A stretch of DNA of 64,000 bases from Cyanophora paradoxa CCMP329. Taxonomy: Eukaryota > Plantae > Glaucophyta. Both the position numbers and the translations under genes were made by a program. Location of the stretch: contig QPMI01000470.1 of assembly GCA_004431415.1 (NCBI GenBank), forward strand, positions 186,001 to 250,000, in the 5' to 3' direction. Of the stretch, positions 25,624 to 36,800 are shown piece after piece. Numbering within the stretch: the stretch's first letter is position 1; every line of letters begins with the position of its first letter. Under the pieces are notes generated by a model that saw only the letters and a list, made by a program, of their open reading frames with translations, ran no database searches and was not told the origin of the DNA.

Positions 25624-27433
25624 GGCCGGCTGCACGCCACGCATATGGCCACGCCCGCCCGCCCGCGAGGGCCACGGCCCGCGGCCGCGCGCGCTGCAGC
25701 TGGGGGGCATATGCATCATGGCATGCGCGAACTCGGAAACCGTCGCGGAGTCGACGGCGGATTCGGATCGTCGCCGATATATAGCGCTTAATGAAGATAA
25801 ACTGCAGTGCTTCCAGCGGCTGGTACGCGTATACGGTAGATCTAGATCCGTACGTTTCATAGTATACGTACACGGTCCCGGAGTCCGGTACTATCATAGT
25901 ATGGGAGAGCGCTGCTCAGCGCGCGGCTGCTTAGGCTAGCCTAGTAGCGCGCTCTCTGTCACAGTGTATGCAAGGCATTGCAAGCTAAAAGTGAAGGCAT
26001 TGCAAGCTGATGCAGGGCCTTTGCAGGCTGAGGATCATGCTGCGGCGCAGTGCAGCTGCCGCAGTGCGCCGCAGGCCCGCAGCCTGCGCGCTAATTTAGG
26101 AGAGGACGAGCTCACGCCGCCTCACGGAGCTTCCGAACTTCGGATCCGGATCCGGATTCCGGATCCGGATTCGGAATCCGGATCATCGGATATCGATATC
26201 GATTCCGGAACTTCGAAATTCCGTAAGATTGCAATTGCGCACTGCGCCGGTGCGCATGCGGCACGCCGCGATCGCGCGAGGCTGGCCCAGTGGCGCGGCC
26301 GCCGCCGACGCCGCCGGCCGCGGCCGGCGGGGCCGCCGGGCTCGCGAGTCGCGACTCGCGATCGGCGGAGTCGGCGCCCGGACTCAGGGACTCCGGAGTC
26401 CGGACTCCGGGTCCAGTCCCGGTCCCGGGGATCGATATCCGGAGTCCGGGATCGCGCGCGCGCGCGCGCGGCGACGTCGATATACTGTAGAACTGGTTAA
26501 TTTAGTACAGGAAAATAATTAGTACTTCGCGAGTTTGGTCAATAATTAGTACTTCGCGATTTTGGTCATTTTGGTCAATACCGTATATCGATCGGACGTC
26601 GACTCGGCGAGGTATACTATGATACCGTGACCGTCGGACTCGCGACTCCGCGACTCGCGGTGGTGCCATGGCCATGGCCACTGCACTGCGGGCCTGCGGC
26701 AGTCTGCAGTCTGCAGCTGGCCCCCTCGGAGACCGTCGCAGGCTCGCGCAGCTGGCCCGCCCGGTCGGCCGCAGGCCCGCAGCTGGCATGGGGAAGAGAG
26801 GGGGGGGGGCGAGGCCCGAGGGGGGCAAACGGTGGCGCGGGCCGCGCGGCACCAGATGAAGAGAGTTTTTAGAGGGCGGCGGGCTCCCGCGGCCGGGGAC
26901 TCCGGATCCAGGATCCCGGGCCAGAGGCCCTCGCGATCGACGTAGTATGTACGTATACGGGGGTAACTAACTTAGTAGTTACGGGGGGTTAACGTTATAA
27001 TCCGGCTCCAGGATCCGGCGCCACATGCACAGGGCGGCTGACTCATTGGTCCCGGATCCCGGATCCGGATCCGCCAACGTTAACGGTGGTGGAGACAGAT
27101 TCAAGTTAAGCCGAGGCCGGCCGGCGCCCAGCTGAACACGAAGATATCGATTAGCTGCACCAGGCCTCCAGCGGAAGCCGCAGGCAGGGGTGAGGGCGGG
27201 GGCGGGAGCGTCATGTCTTAGCAATAGCTTCGTTTTTGTGCCTCTCAAACGCCTGGGAGGCCCCCGCAGAGACTGCGGACGACAATTTCTCATAAAAAGA
27301 TGCAGGTGGAGGAAATTCAATGATTCCGAGTTTGATTCAAAGCTTAAAATGCCACGCGTACGTATACGCCAAGCTGAGGACGGCTGGCAGGAATCGACGT
27401 GCAGCATGCAGATTTATTATAATTAATTTCAAT

Positions 27434-30400
27434 TTAGTGACGACGGGATCCGGACATGGCGAGGGCCGCCGCCGCTGCCAAAGCCGCCGCGATAGCCGAA
27501 ATCGATGTGGCGGGCTGCGAGCTCGAGCTTCCTGATCCGGAAAGCGCGGGGGCACCTACTGCACCTCCACTAGCCACGAGCACGAACTGCGCGTGCGGGT
27601 TCGGCGGCTTAGTCTTGTCCTCTCGAAAATTGGCTGTGAGCTTCTGCGCAGTTGCAAATCTTGCGCGCACTGCAGTGAGATGGGTGCAGGTGGCGGTGTA
27701 GACTGCGGCGGACGTCTGCGCGACGGCGCTGCAGCCGTCGGCCTTCCACTCGCCCGCGGCCTCGTCCAGCCAGCGGAGCTGGACGCTCTGTCCGGAGGCG
27801 AGGGAGCTGCTGGCGGGGATCTCGATCTCGAAGCGGACGCCGCCGGGGAAGTCCGTGAGCTGGCCCGCCAGCGTCGCGGCGGTCACTTCGAAGATGGAGG
27901 ACAGGAACCGGGCCCCGGGGGAAGGCCGGGGGTATCTCGAGGTCGTCGGCGACACCGTCACCGAGGCCTGGCCCGGCCCGGCCCGCACGCCGTCAAATAC
28001 TGCGACAACTAATATTCATCGTGACTTCATTTTGCTGCACCTGGAAATCGGCGCCAGCGTTCGCGCTGGCATTGAAGGTGACCTGCGCGAACAGAGAGAC
28101 TCGAATTCGAATTCAACCTGGAGCTCGAGAAGCGTCGAATCTCAAGCGTACCACAATCGCGCCGCGCGCTGCGCCGCGCGGGCGGACGCGAAGCGTGAGG
28201 GATTCCGACTGCCCAGCCTTGTTCGGGCAGACTTTGAAGCTGTACGGGGACACATCGCTGTCCGCGCGGTTCGGGTTCTGACTGCCGCAGGCCGTGCCAT
28301 TGCCGCTCAGAGTAATCTGCATCGAGCGCGTCATCATAATCTGCCATTAAATATTGCCGACGCGATCATATATATTGTCTCTAGTTGAAAAACGATTATA
28401 TTTACCTTCGCGGATACGTCGGCGAGAGCCTTCTGGGTTTCCTTGCGGACAGCGGCGGCGACGGAGGACGAAGCGGGGAGGGCGGCCACGAGCCCTGCGA
28501 GGCTCTCTTGGAGGGCCTGCGCACGATAACACAGAATAAGATCATGTAGAATAATAAACTCCGGCACATAATAATACGATGAATGCTAATGACTTTAATT
28601 TATTGAAACTACGACCCAGACCGCGAGTATAGCTAGATATAGGGCCTCGGGGGATGCCCGCGCAGCCCCTTATCCCGCAAAACTAGCGTTGGCCATCGGT
28701 TATTAATAACACGTACCGCAGCGTTGACTCCAGGCGTGGACGCAAGGTTCTGGACGCAAGTTTCTTCTGGAGAATGAACTGCAAAAACGATCAAATTAAA
28801 CGACGCACTGGATTCTCCTTGATGACCTTCAACAGGAGCTCTGTACCCCGGACCGCCGAGGCCTCCTGCAGCGATCGCGAGACATATCATGAGTAGACGG
28901 ATCGAAATCGAATGCAGAGGAAATTGAACGTTAACGCACTGAGAGGGCGCCAGTACTCGAAGCGAGGGGCGCGACCGACGAGAAGAAGTTTACGAGGGCG
29001 CCGGCGGTCTGATCACGACGAGCGAGATGGTATGGCAATCAGTGTTCGTCACAGGATCCGGAGCTGCAGCTCTACTAGGCTGGATGCAGGCGCACGGCTG
29101 GGTCTTTGAGGTTGACTCCGGCCTTCGCTGCTTCCGTCGTTACGGTCTGCGTTCACGTTGTTCAACGCTCGTACGCGTCATAAAGTTCAAGCTCGTTCAA
29201 CGCTTGTTCAGGGGTGCAAGAAATAACTGTCGCACCGACATGGCAGTAGAGAGGGCGCCGGAGAATTTGGAGAGAAGGTCGGCGCTCGACTGGTGCAGGG
29301 CGCGGCGGAGCTTGAGGCTGACTCCGGAGGCCTGGAAATAGTACGTCTTCAGCGACTCGATGTTGGCGATGATTTGGGCCATCTTCTCCACGAATGTGAG
29401 GTTGGTGTTCTGGAAGCGATCGCGACCAAGACTCGATCAGATCTAGATTTAATCTGGCTTCGATCGCGAAGCCGTAGTGCTCGCGCGCACCGCGACAACT
29501 GCGGCCATTTGCTGGTCGAAGGTGGCAAGCATTTGCTGTCAAAATTGCGGCATATCAGCAGCGGATAACACATATTGTGCAAATGAAGGCTGAACGAACG
29601 TCGAACTGAGCGACGAACGGCATGGTCGAGTCCACGACGGGATTAACCGTGATGGCGCCCGGAATGGGGAAGCTGGTCGAGAGGCCGGCTGGGTCCTTCA
29701 CCACAACAATTAGAGACGACGTCACCGCACCAGCAGAGCTCTGCGATCGCGATCACGATCGCGAGCCGCAAATCAATATTCATGCGAGTGCGCTTTCAAG
29801 ACTTTGCTTGGTTGCTACTAGAACTTTGCTTGCAATTATAATCACCGCGGCCGAGGGGAAGTATAGGCCGAAGGTAGCGTCGGGGGAGTCGCGGGCGAGC
29901 TCGCTCGTGTAGCCCGTGCCAGTGACGGTGTACCTGCCATCCCGCCATCGCATTAGCTCTCTAGATCTCTAGAAGTTAATATAAGCTTTGCGTGCACGCA
30001 CGTGAGGGGGAAGGAGCTCGCCCCCCAGCCCGTGCACGTCACCTGAAACGAGATAAGCGAAAATCGATCGCGACTGCATACATTGGAATAGCGCGCGTGC
30101 ACCGTGACCTTGTCGATGACGGCCTTGACAGTGCTGGGCGACGCGCTGCACGAGCCGCCCGCCGGCGGATTTCCGGCCAGGACGACCGGCGGCGCGGGCG
30201 TGGGGGTGGGGCCTGATCATGGGCACCATCGCGATCGGTATCGGTATCGGTAATAAATTTTTAATAGATCGCGCGCGTGCGCGTGCGAACCCGTGGGAGC
30301 CTGCGGGGGGCTCGGGGACGCTGTTGGGCTTGGGGCGGCTGCAGCGGATCCGGAAGGGCTCGGGGTAGGGCTCGGCGACGGCGACGCGGCCGGGCTCGGG

Positions 30401-32166
30401 CTTGGGCTCGGAGAAGCGCTCGGCGACGGCGAGGGCGACGGCGACGGCGACGGCGTCGTCGGCTTGGGGCAGTCGGCGGCGCAGCTCGCGCAGGCGCTGA
30501 GGTTCAGCTTGACGTAGTCCAGCACGATTCGCTGCGTGATCTGCGCCATGTTCGACCCTGCAGAAGCGGGGTCGGAGTACTTGTAATTATTGATCAGGGC
30601 AGGTCCAGGCCTAGCTAGGGAAGATCATCGGATCTCGAGTTTTCGGGACCGGACCGTAGGCGAACAAGGTGAGGGCCCACTTTCTGTCCCCGCGGAGCCC
30701 GCCCTTGGCGCCCGTATTCGCTACCGAAAACGCGAGGGTCGAGGGGTCGGCAGTCGTCTGAGTATCATCGATGACGCCGAAATCGCTCTGGGTTTTGGAA
30801 AATCTGCGGCGAATTCGATCAAGTGGTTTGTTTTTATTTTTATTCAGCGAACGCGGTCTGCACTGACATGGTAGGGCTTGTCTTGGTCGCGGATGTGAGA
30901 TCGATTGTGCCGAGGGCGATCGGGGCGGCTGGGACGGTGAGGCCGCTCGAAGATGTGTACGGGTTCTGCGCCGCGTCCACGGCGCTCTGAAACACCACGT
31001 CGAGCTTCGATGCCGTGTTGGTGTTCCCATCGTCTCGCCCCGCACTGATCTCCTGCGAAAAACGTTTATATATGTGCCAATGATAAAAAACGCATACGTG
31101 CCGATAATTATATACAGCTAGCTATATCTATAGATCTAGCGTTTAAGTTGTTGATGCACAAAGACCGTAAACGTTGCCAAAACCCACTCACGATCAACCA
31201 AAGCAATATTAATATTAATATACCGTAGCACATCTATATAGATTGCCAAGTTGGCCCAATACCTAGGCCCCCGACTCTTGGGAATCAATCCGGATCCACA
31301 CAGCGAAAATGCGCACGAGGCCGCAGATGAAAGCCTTTGGATCATTCGTCGCGACAGTCCTGCATTTTGTAGGGTCCTCGGTAGTTCCTGGAAGCCCGAG
31401 CTTGCACTTTCCAACGTTGTCCGGATCTTCCATCGGTCCCAGCACAGCAGATCCGACCGTGAACTGAAACTTGATCCACTGACGGTCGATTGTGTCGCAG
31501 CCCGATTGAAAAGTGCACGGGTCGGTGCGCCCCGCCCCCTCATTAGTCCCGCTGCACAAGCGCATAAATATGCATATGTGCGTGTAAGTGCACTGCGGCA
31601 GCACGCATGTGCGCGGAATTCGAGTACTGAAATCGGCCAATTTTCGATTTATGAAGGATAAAGCTATACGCACAAAGTTATGTGGGTGTCGACATTGTAG
31701 GTGCCGTAGAAAGCAATGCTCGGGTTTTCTGCGGGCGAGAAAGGATAGTGCTGCGCGTCGGATTGAATGAGTACAGATCCATATATACATATCGGACATA
31801 TATATGCTTGTGCGCATGCATATACATGCATGCTTATATAATTATTTATGCTTATGTGCATGCGTATACTTGCATATGCATGTACACGTGGCGCCGGCGC
31901 ACGAATGCGTTGTCTACGGACGAGACTGCGTCATCGGCGACGAAACCAGCCGTGGGCTTGTATTGCTTGCTGGTGCTATTGTACAGGCCCTCCCACCTAA
32001 CCTCCGTAAACGCGGCGGCTGACACGACCCGGCTGCTGTGCACGTGGCCGACGACCAGCAGCTGCAGGGCGATCGCGAAGGAGAAGAGAACGGTGCCGGT
32101 CGCCGCGGCCGCGGCGAGCGGCGCCGGCGCCGGCACACGCGCACATGCACGACCGCGGGCAAACAT
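27434..32166 (-). CDS. Cell-surface protein: signal peptide, (SP)n linker, REJ-like segment, GAIN/GPS motif, short hydrophobic tail
   Basis: N-terminal hydrophobic VLFSFAIALQLLVV. PSPSPS linker at about 30300-30460. REJ-like NPPAAGSCSASPSTVKAV at about 30110-30180. GPS motif WLDEAAGEWKADGC...ATCTHLTA/FVLV at about 27580-27775. Tail ISAIAAALAAAAALAMSGSRRH then stop. Confidence 0.72.
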
Positions 32167-32446
32167 CTCCCAGGGTTCTTCGACAGCCCCGCGCGCGCTG
32201 GCGCCGGCTCGCCGCTGAGCTGCACTGCCGCTACGAGTTTTTTGGACCGGCGGATCTTCGCGCCATACAACCAAATCCGAGTCAAAATGTACGGCGAGTT
32301 TTCAGACTCGTCCCGACTCCCGAGTCCCGACGTCCGGCCGCGGCAGTTATCGTGCGGCAGTAGCGTGCGGCAGTTATCGCTGAGTCGACGCTTACGTATA
32401 TGTACGCGTACCCTACTACGGTAGTTATATATATATACGCGTTTTC

Positions 32447-32862
32447 CGCTGGCAAAACGCATTAATTTGCCCCCGCTCATAGCGGTGTGGTTATCATACA
32501 CGCTTTCCGATGCATGCCTTCCGTGTTCGAATCGCCCTGCGATGAGAATCACGCCTTCAAATCCCGCCCGTTCCACATAATTCCGATCGATCATGCCCCA
32601 CCTTGCCTGTACACGCCCCCACAGTGCTGGAGTAGACTAGAGGCTGTGGCCGGTAATTCACCAAAAAAAAAAAAACGCATTAATTTGGGACCGCATTAAT
32701 ATCGGAACGCTAAGAAAACTGCGCTATGTACCCCCCTAACGTAGTCAAAGGGCCGAAAAGGCTTCAAAACGCATTAATTTGAGACCGCATTATTATCTAT
32801 TCTAGGGGTCTGGGTCCAAAAACGCATTAATATCTGGCGCATTAATTAAGTGCATTACGGTA
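32447..32862. mobile_element. DNA-transposon remnant hosting the SINE (Tc1/mariner-pogo-like right end)
   Basis: Repeated AAAACGCATTAAT subterminal motif. Ends GGCGCATTAATTAAGTGCATTACGG-TA. Related to 14541-14731. The superfamily is inferred only from the TA-CCGTA-type end. Confidence 0.4.
32470..32675 (+). mobile_element. Apparently full-length tRNA-derived SINE (about 200 bp)
   Basis: A-box-like TAGCGGTGTGG (32480-32490) and B-box GTTCGAATC (32525-32533). Acceptor-like pairing CTCAT/ATGAG. Shared retroposon tail and A13. Flanking 16-bp direct repeat AAAACGCATTAATTTG (32454-32469 and 32672-32687). Confidence 0.8.
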
Positions 32863-33806
32863 GGCATTGCTATACCGGTAGGCTGCGGTAGCTATAGCTA
32901 TTAGCTAGCGCTGCTCACTAGTACTAGTATACGTACTGCGGCATGCAGAGTCATTGCAGACTGCAGTGCTGCACAGCCTGCACTGCGGCAGCTGCGGCAC
33001 TGCGGCACTACCGGTAGTACTGCCGCCGCAGTGCGCATGCCACTGGGCCACTGTACATGTACGTACATGTGGGCCAGGCTGGCCAGGTACCGCCGTACCG
33101 GGTACGTACGAATCCCGGTCGATCGGAGTTTCAATTGCATGTTCGATCGAAGTTCAACTTAAAAAAACAAATATGAGCGTATACCCCTGTTACCGGTCAG
33201 CCCGGCGCGACGGCGGCAGCTGCAGGCTGCAGCTGCAGGCAGGCGAAGACGTCGAAGTCGACATGCATGCGCATATGCCGCCGCGCGTAGTGCATGCCGC
33301 GGGCCCGCGAGAATGGCGGAGTAGTGCTCGGCCATGGGGGCAAGCGCCGGCGGGGTACACTCTCGCATATTCCTCGAGAGATTCCCGTAGATTCCTCGGT
33401 CTCCCGCCGGCGTACGCACTCGCAATTGTCACTGCTGCTCTGCAGACAGCTCTCCCGTGCCTGGCAAGCAGGCATCGCGACCTGCCAGGTTGGCAACAGC
33501 GAGAGCAACAACGGCCACGCGCACGGCTGATCGCTTGCAGCTTCCTTGCAAAGCATCCAAATAGCTCGCGCGTCAAGCTGCAGCACCACCCGGCACAGCA
33601 GGGTGCAGGCAACAGGTCCGGCCGATCGGCCGCGTATACGTAACCGCGCACGCACGCGCGGCGCCCGGCAGCCGGTCGCTCTCTCTAGATCAGGGCTCAT
33701 ACAGACAAAGCGCGGCATCTCCAGGCGCGGCCGCTCTGCGCGCAACAGCTCTCCGGCTCTATGTGGCGCGCAACGTTAACGCAGCTAACAGCCGCTCCCG
33801 CAGACG

Positions 33807-36800
33807 ATGACCCTCCCCGCGGCGTCGGCGCCGGCGAGCCTCCGCCTCGTCTGGGGTCGGGCCAACGAGTTCAAGGAAGGCGACGCCTCTGCGGGGCTCG
33901 CGGCCGCCTCGGATGCGGAGCGGGCGGCCGCGCGCGCGGCGATCGCCGCGACGCCCCTCGCGGGCGTGCGGGGGTACGACTTCGTCGACGACGCCGTCAC
34001 GAAGCTCCTTGAGTCGTCCATCGACGCGGCGGCCGCGGCGCGCGCGGAGACGGCGGGCCGGACCATCGGAGACCTTCGGTCCTTTCTCCTCTCCGCTTCT
34101 GGCGACGAGGCGCGCGCGGCCGCGGGGTTCTCTCTAAGCACTTCGTATTCAAATTCGATCCTTCGATCTCAAGAACGGTCCTGCGCAGATTCGAGCCCTG
34201 TGCCCCGGGCTGCGCTCCGAGGTCATCGCGGGGGTATGCAAGCTCATGTCCAACAACGAGCTCAGCGCCGTGAGCGCCAAGGCGTGCCCGTACCCCCCTC
34301 TCTCCCCCCTCTCCCGAGCCGCCGCCTTATACCCCGCTGCAGATATACAACCCGCAGGGCGAGGGGGGTCTCGGGGCGGAGGGGTACCTGTCCAGTCGGT
34401 GCGCCCCGCCCCCCCCCCAACTTCCTCTACCCCCGGATGAAATCTGACCTCTGGGCCGCCTGCAGAATTCAGCCGAACAGCCCCACAGACGATCCGGAAG
34501 AGGCGAGCCTCGAAAATTCGATCAAAACCTTCCTTCGTGTACCCCACCACCGATCCCGGTGACCCGGGTACCCCCGCAGGTCCTCTACAACGTGCTTGAG
34601 GGCCTCAGCTACGGCTGCGGCGACGCCCTCCTCGGCATCAACGGTACCCCAATGCACCTCGTATTCTTCGAACTCGTACCCCCCTCACTCTCCGGGTGCA
34701 GTGGTTGCCGGGGACGCGGCGAACGTTCGCCAACTCGAAAGGGTACTCCGCGACGTCGTCGAAACGTTCTCGGTACCCCCCTCGAAGCGGGAGCTGGAGG
34801 GGGTACGGATCCCGAGCGCTCCCGCCCTCCACCCCTTCCCCCCGCCTCTCGGCGACCCTACATGAGCTACCCGTCCAGGTTGAGGGCGTAGAATTCGAAG
34901 ACGAGAGCGAGCCGCGGGGGGTACCCTTCGCCCCGCTCCGGGCGGCCACTCGCTGGCGAGCTCCGATTTCCTTTGCTTCCGTACCCCCCTCCCAACCCAC
35001 ATTCCTGATACCCCCTCGCGCCCCCTAGGTGCGTCCTGGGGCACATCGACGCCCAGGTGCGATATCACTATCGTTCGCGGGTTGTACGATGCTCCAGGAG
35101 GGGGGGCTCCGACTTTCGGATCCCCGCCTAGGCCTCCTACAGGCCTCGCTATTTTTAGCCTGCCTCCCTGGGGCTCCGGATGCGGATCCCCGCCTACTGG
35201 CCCTGTTCTTGCTCGCGTCAAGGATGCGGATCCGGCTGCCCTGTTCTTGCCCGCGTCAAGGCCTGGGGTAGGCCTGGCGCCGGCCCAGCAACTATCAATA
35301 GCCCAAGTCAGCGTGCAGCGGGCGCCCCGCCCGCGCCAATGCCTCTCGGCCTCCGCCTCGCTAGCTATATATAGGCAGCTCCGCCCCGGTCTAGGCTCGG
35401 CTGCGCCCCGCCTGCGCCCGCGCTGACCGGGCCCGCCCCGCCCCGGGCTCAGGTGGAGGCGGCCGCGAAGGACCCACGCCTCCTCGACTGCGGTGCGCGG
35501 CCGGCGCCCCCGCCTAGGCCTCCTCGGATCAAATCTCGCCCAAGCTAGCTCAAGCTAGCCATCGGCCGACCGAATTGCCGCGCCTCACCTGCTCCGGCGC
35601 CCCGCCCCGGCCCGCAGCACCTTCAACAGCTTATATATAAGCCTCCTAACTAACTAACGCCTCGCCCTTCAAATCCCCCCGAGCCAATGCCTCACCGGCG
35701 CCCCGGCCCGCAGCGTTCCAGTCGATCGGGGGCACCGAATCGCTCCTCCACACCTTCGGCCTCGAGCTCGACCGCGTGCGCCCCAATTACAAGCCCTACA
35801 GCTATCTTAAGGCCTTAAGTTCTAGTTCCTCGCTATCTATTTATCTCTTACAGTCTTACTCTAGTTCCTTACTCTAGTTCCTTAGACCGCGTGCGCCCCG
35901 GGCCCTATCTTACGGCCTTATGTGAAGCTTCTATATAAAAGGTTTAACCGCCTTTAAGCCTTCCTCCCGGCCTTCCTCTCTTGACCCCCTTCCCTTCGGC
36001 CTTCCTCTCTTGACCACTTTCCTTATCTATTTCCTTACTCTCGCACTGCAGTTCCGGGGGCAGCTGCGGGGCACGGCGGGGCAGGCGCAGTACTTCGAGA
36101 CGGGGCAGGGCTCCGCCGCCACCAACGGCGCCGCCCACGTGCGCCTCACCGGTTCCCCGCCCCGCCCCGCTCGAACTATAGTCGGTTTTCGACCTATAGC
36201 TACCCTCTTAGATATCGATATGCATCTTCCGCCGCCCTCGCCCTTGCTTCCGTCCTCTTCGGCTTTCGCCCCAGCCGGCGCAACACAAATTACAACTTTA
36301 AACGTCAACGCGCTCCGCAGGGCGTGGACATGGTGACGCTGGAGGCGAGGGCGCACGGCCTCGCGCGGGCCCTCGCCCGCGGCAACCGCCACTGGACCCT
36401 CGCCAACACTGTGCGCATGCGCGCGCGCAGAGCCGGGGATGGATAGAGCGGATATATAGAGCTGGGATAGATAGATAGATAGAGCGGATAGAGCTACGAT
36501 AGATAGGGCTCGGGTCCTAAGGAGGCCGGGTCCTGAGCTCTGGAAAGGCGAGCAGCTCCGGGGGTACGCGATTAGCGATCGATCTTCTGATCGGGGGGGC
36601 AGGTGGCCGGCTTCATCGGGCCCGAGGTCTTCCGTACCCCGGCCCAGCTCCTCCGGTGCGAGTGACTACCCCCCAGCTCCACCTCCACGCCCAACTTCTC
36701 CACTTCCCCCCTTCCCCTCCCCCCTTCCCCCCCCCCCCTTCTAGTTCGTGCAGCTGCCTCCTCCTCCTCTCTATCCCAGGCTGACGACGCTGACGGGCCG

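Noticed and set aside
32476-32546. Possible tRNA gene
   Set aside because: The T-arm and anticodon stems pair poorly, and the sequence runs into a retroposon tail and poly(A). It is treated as a SINE head.
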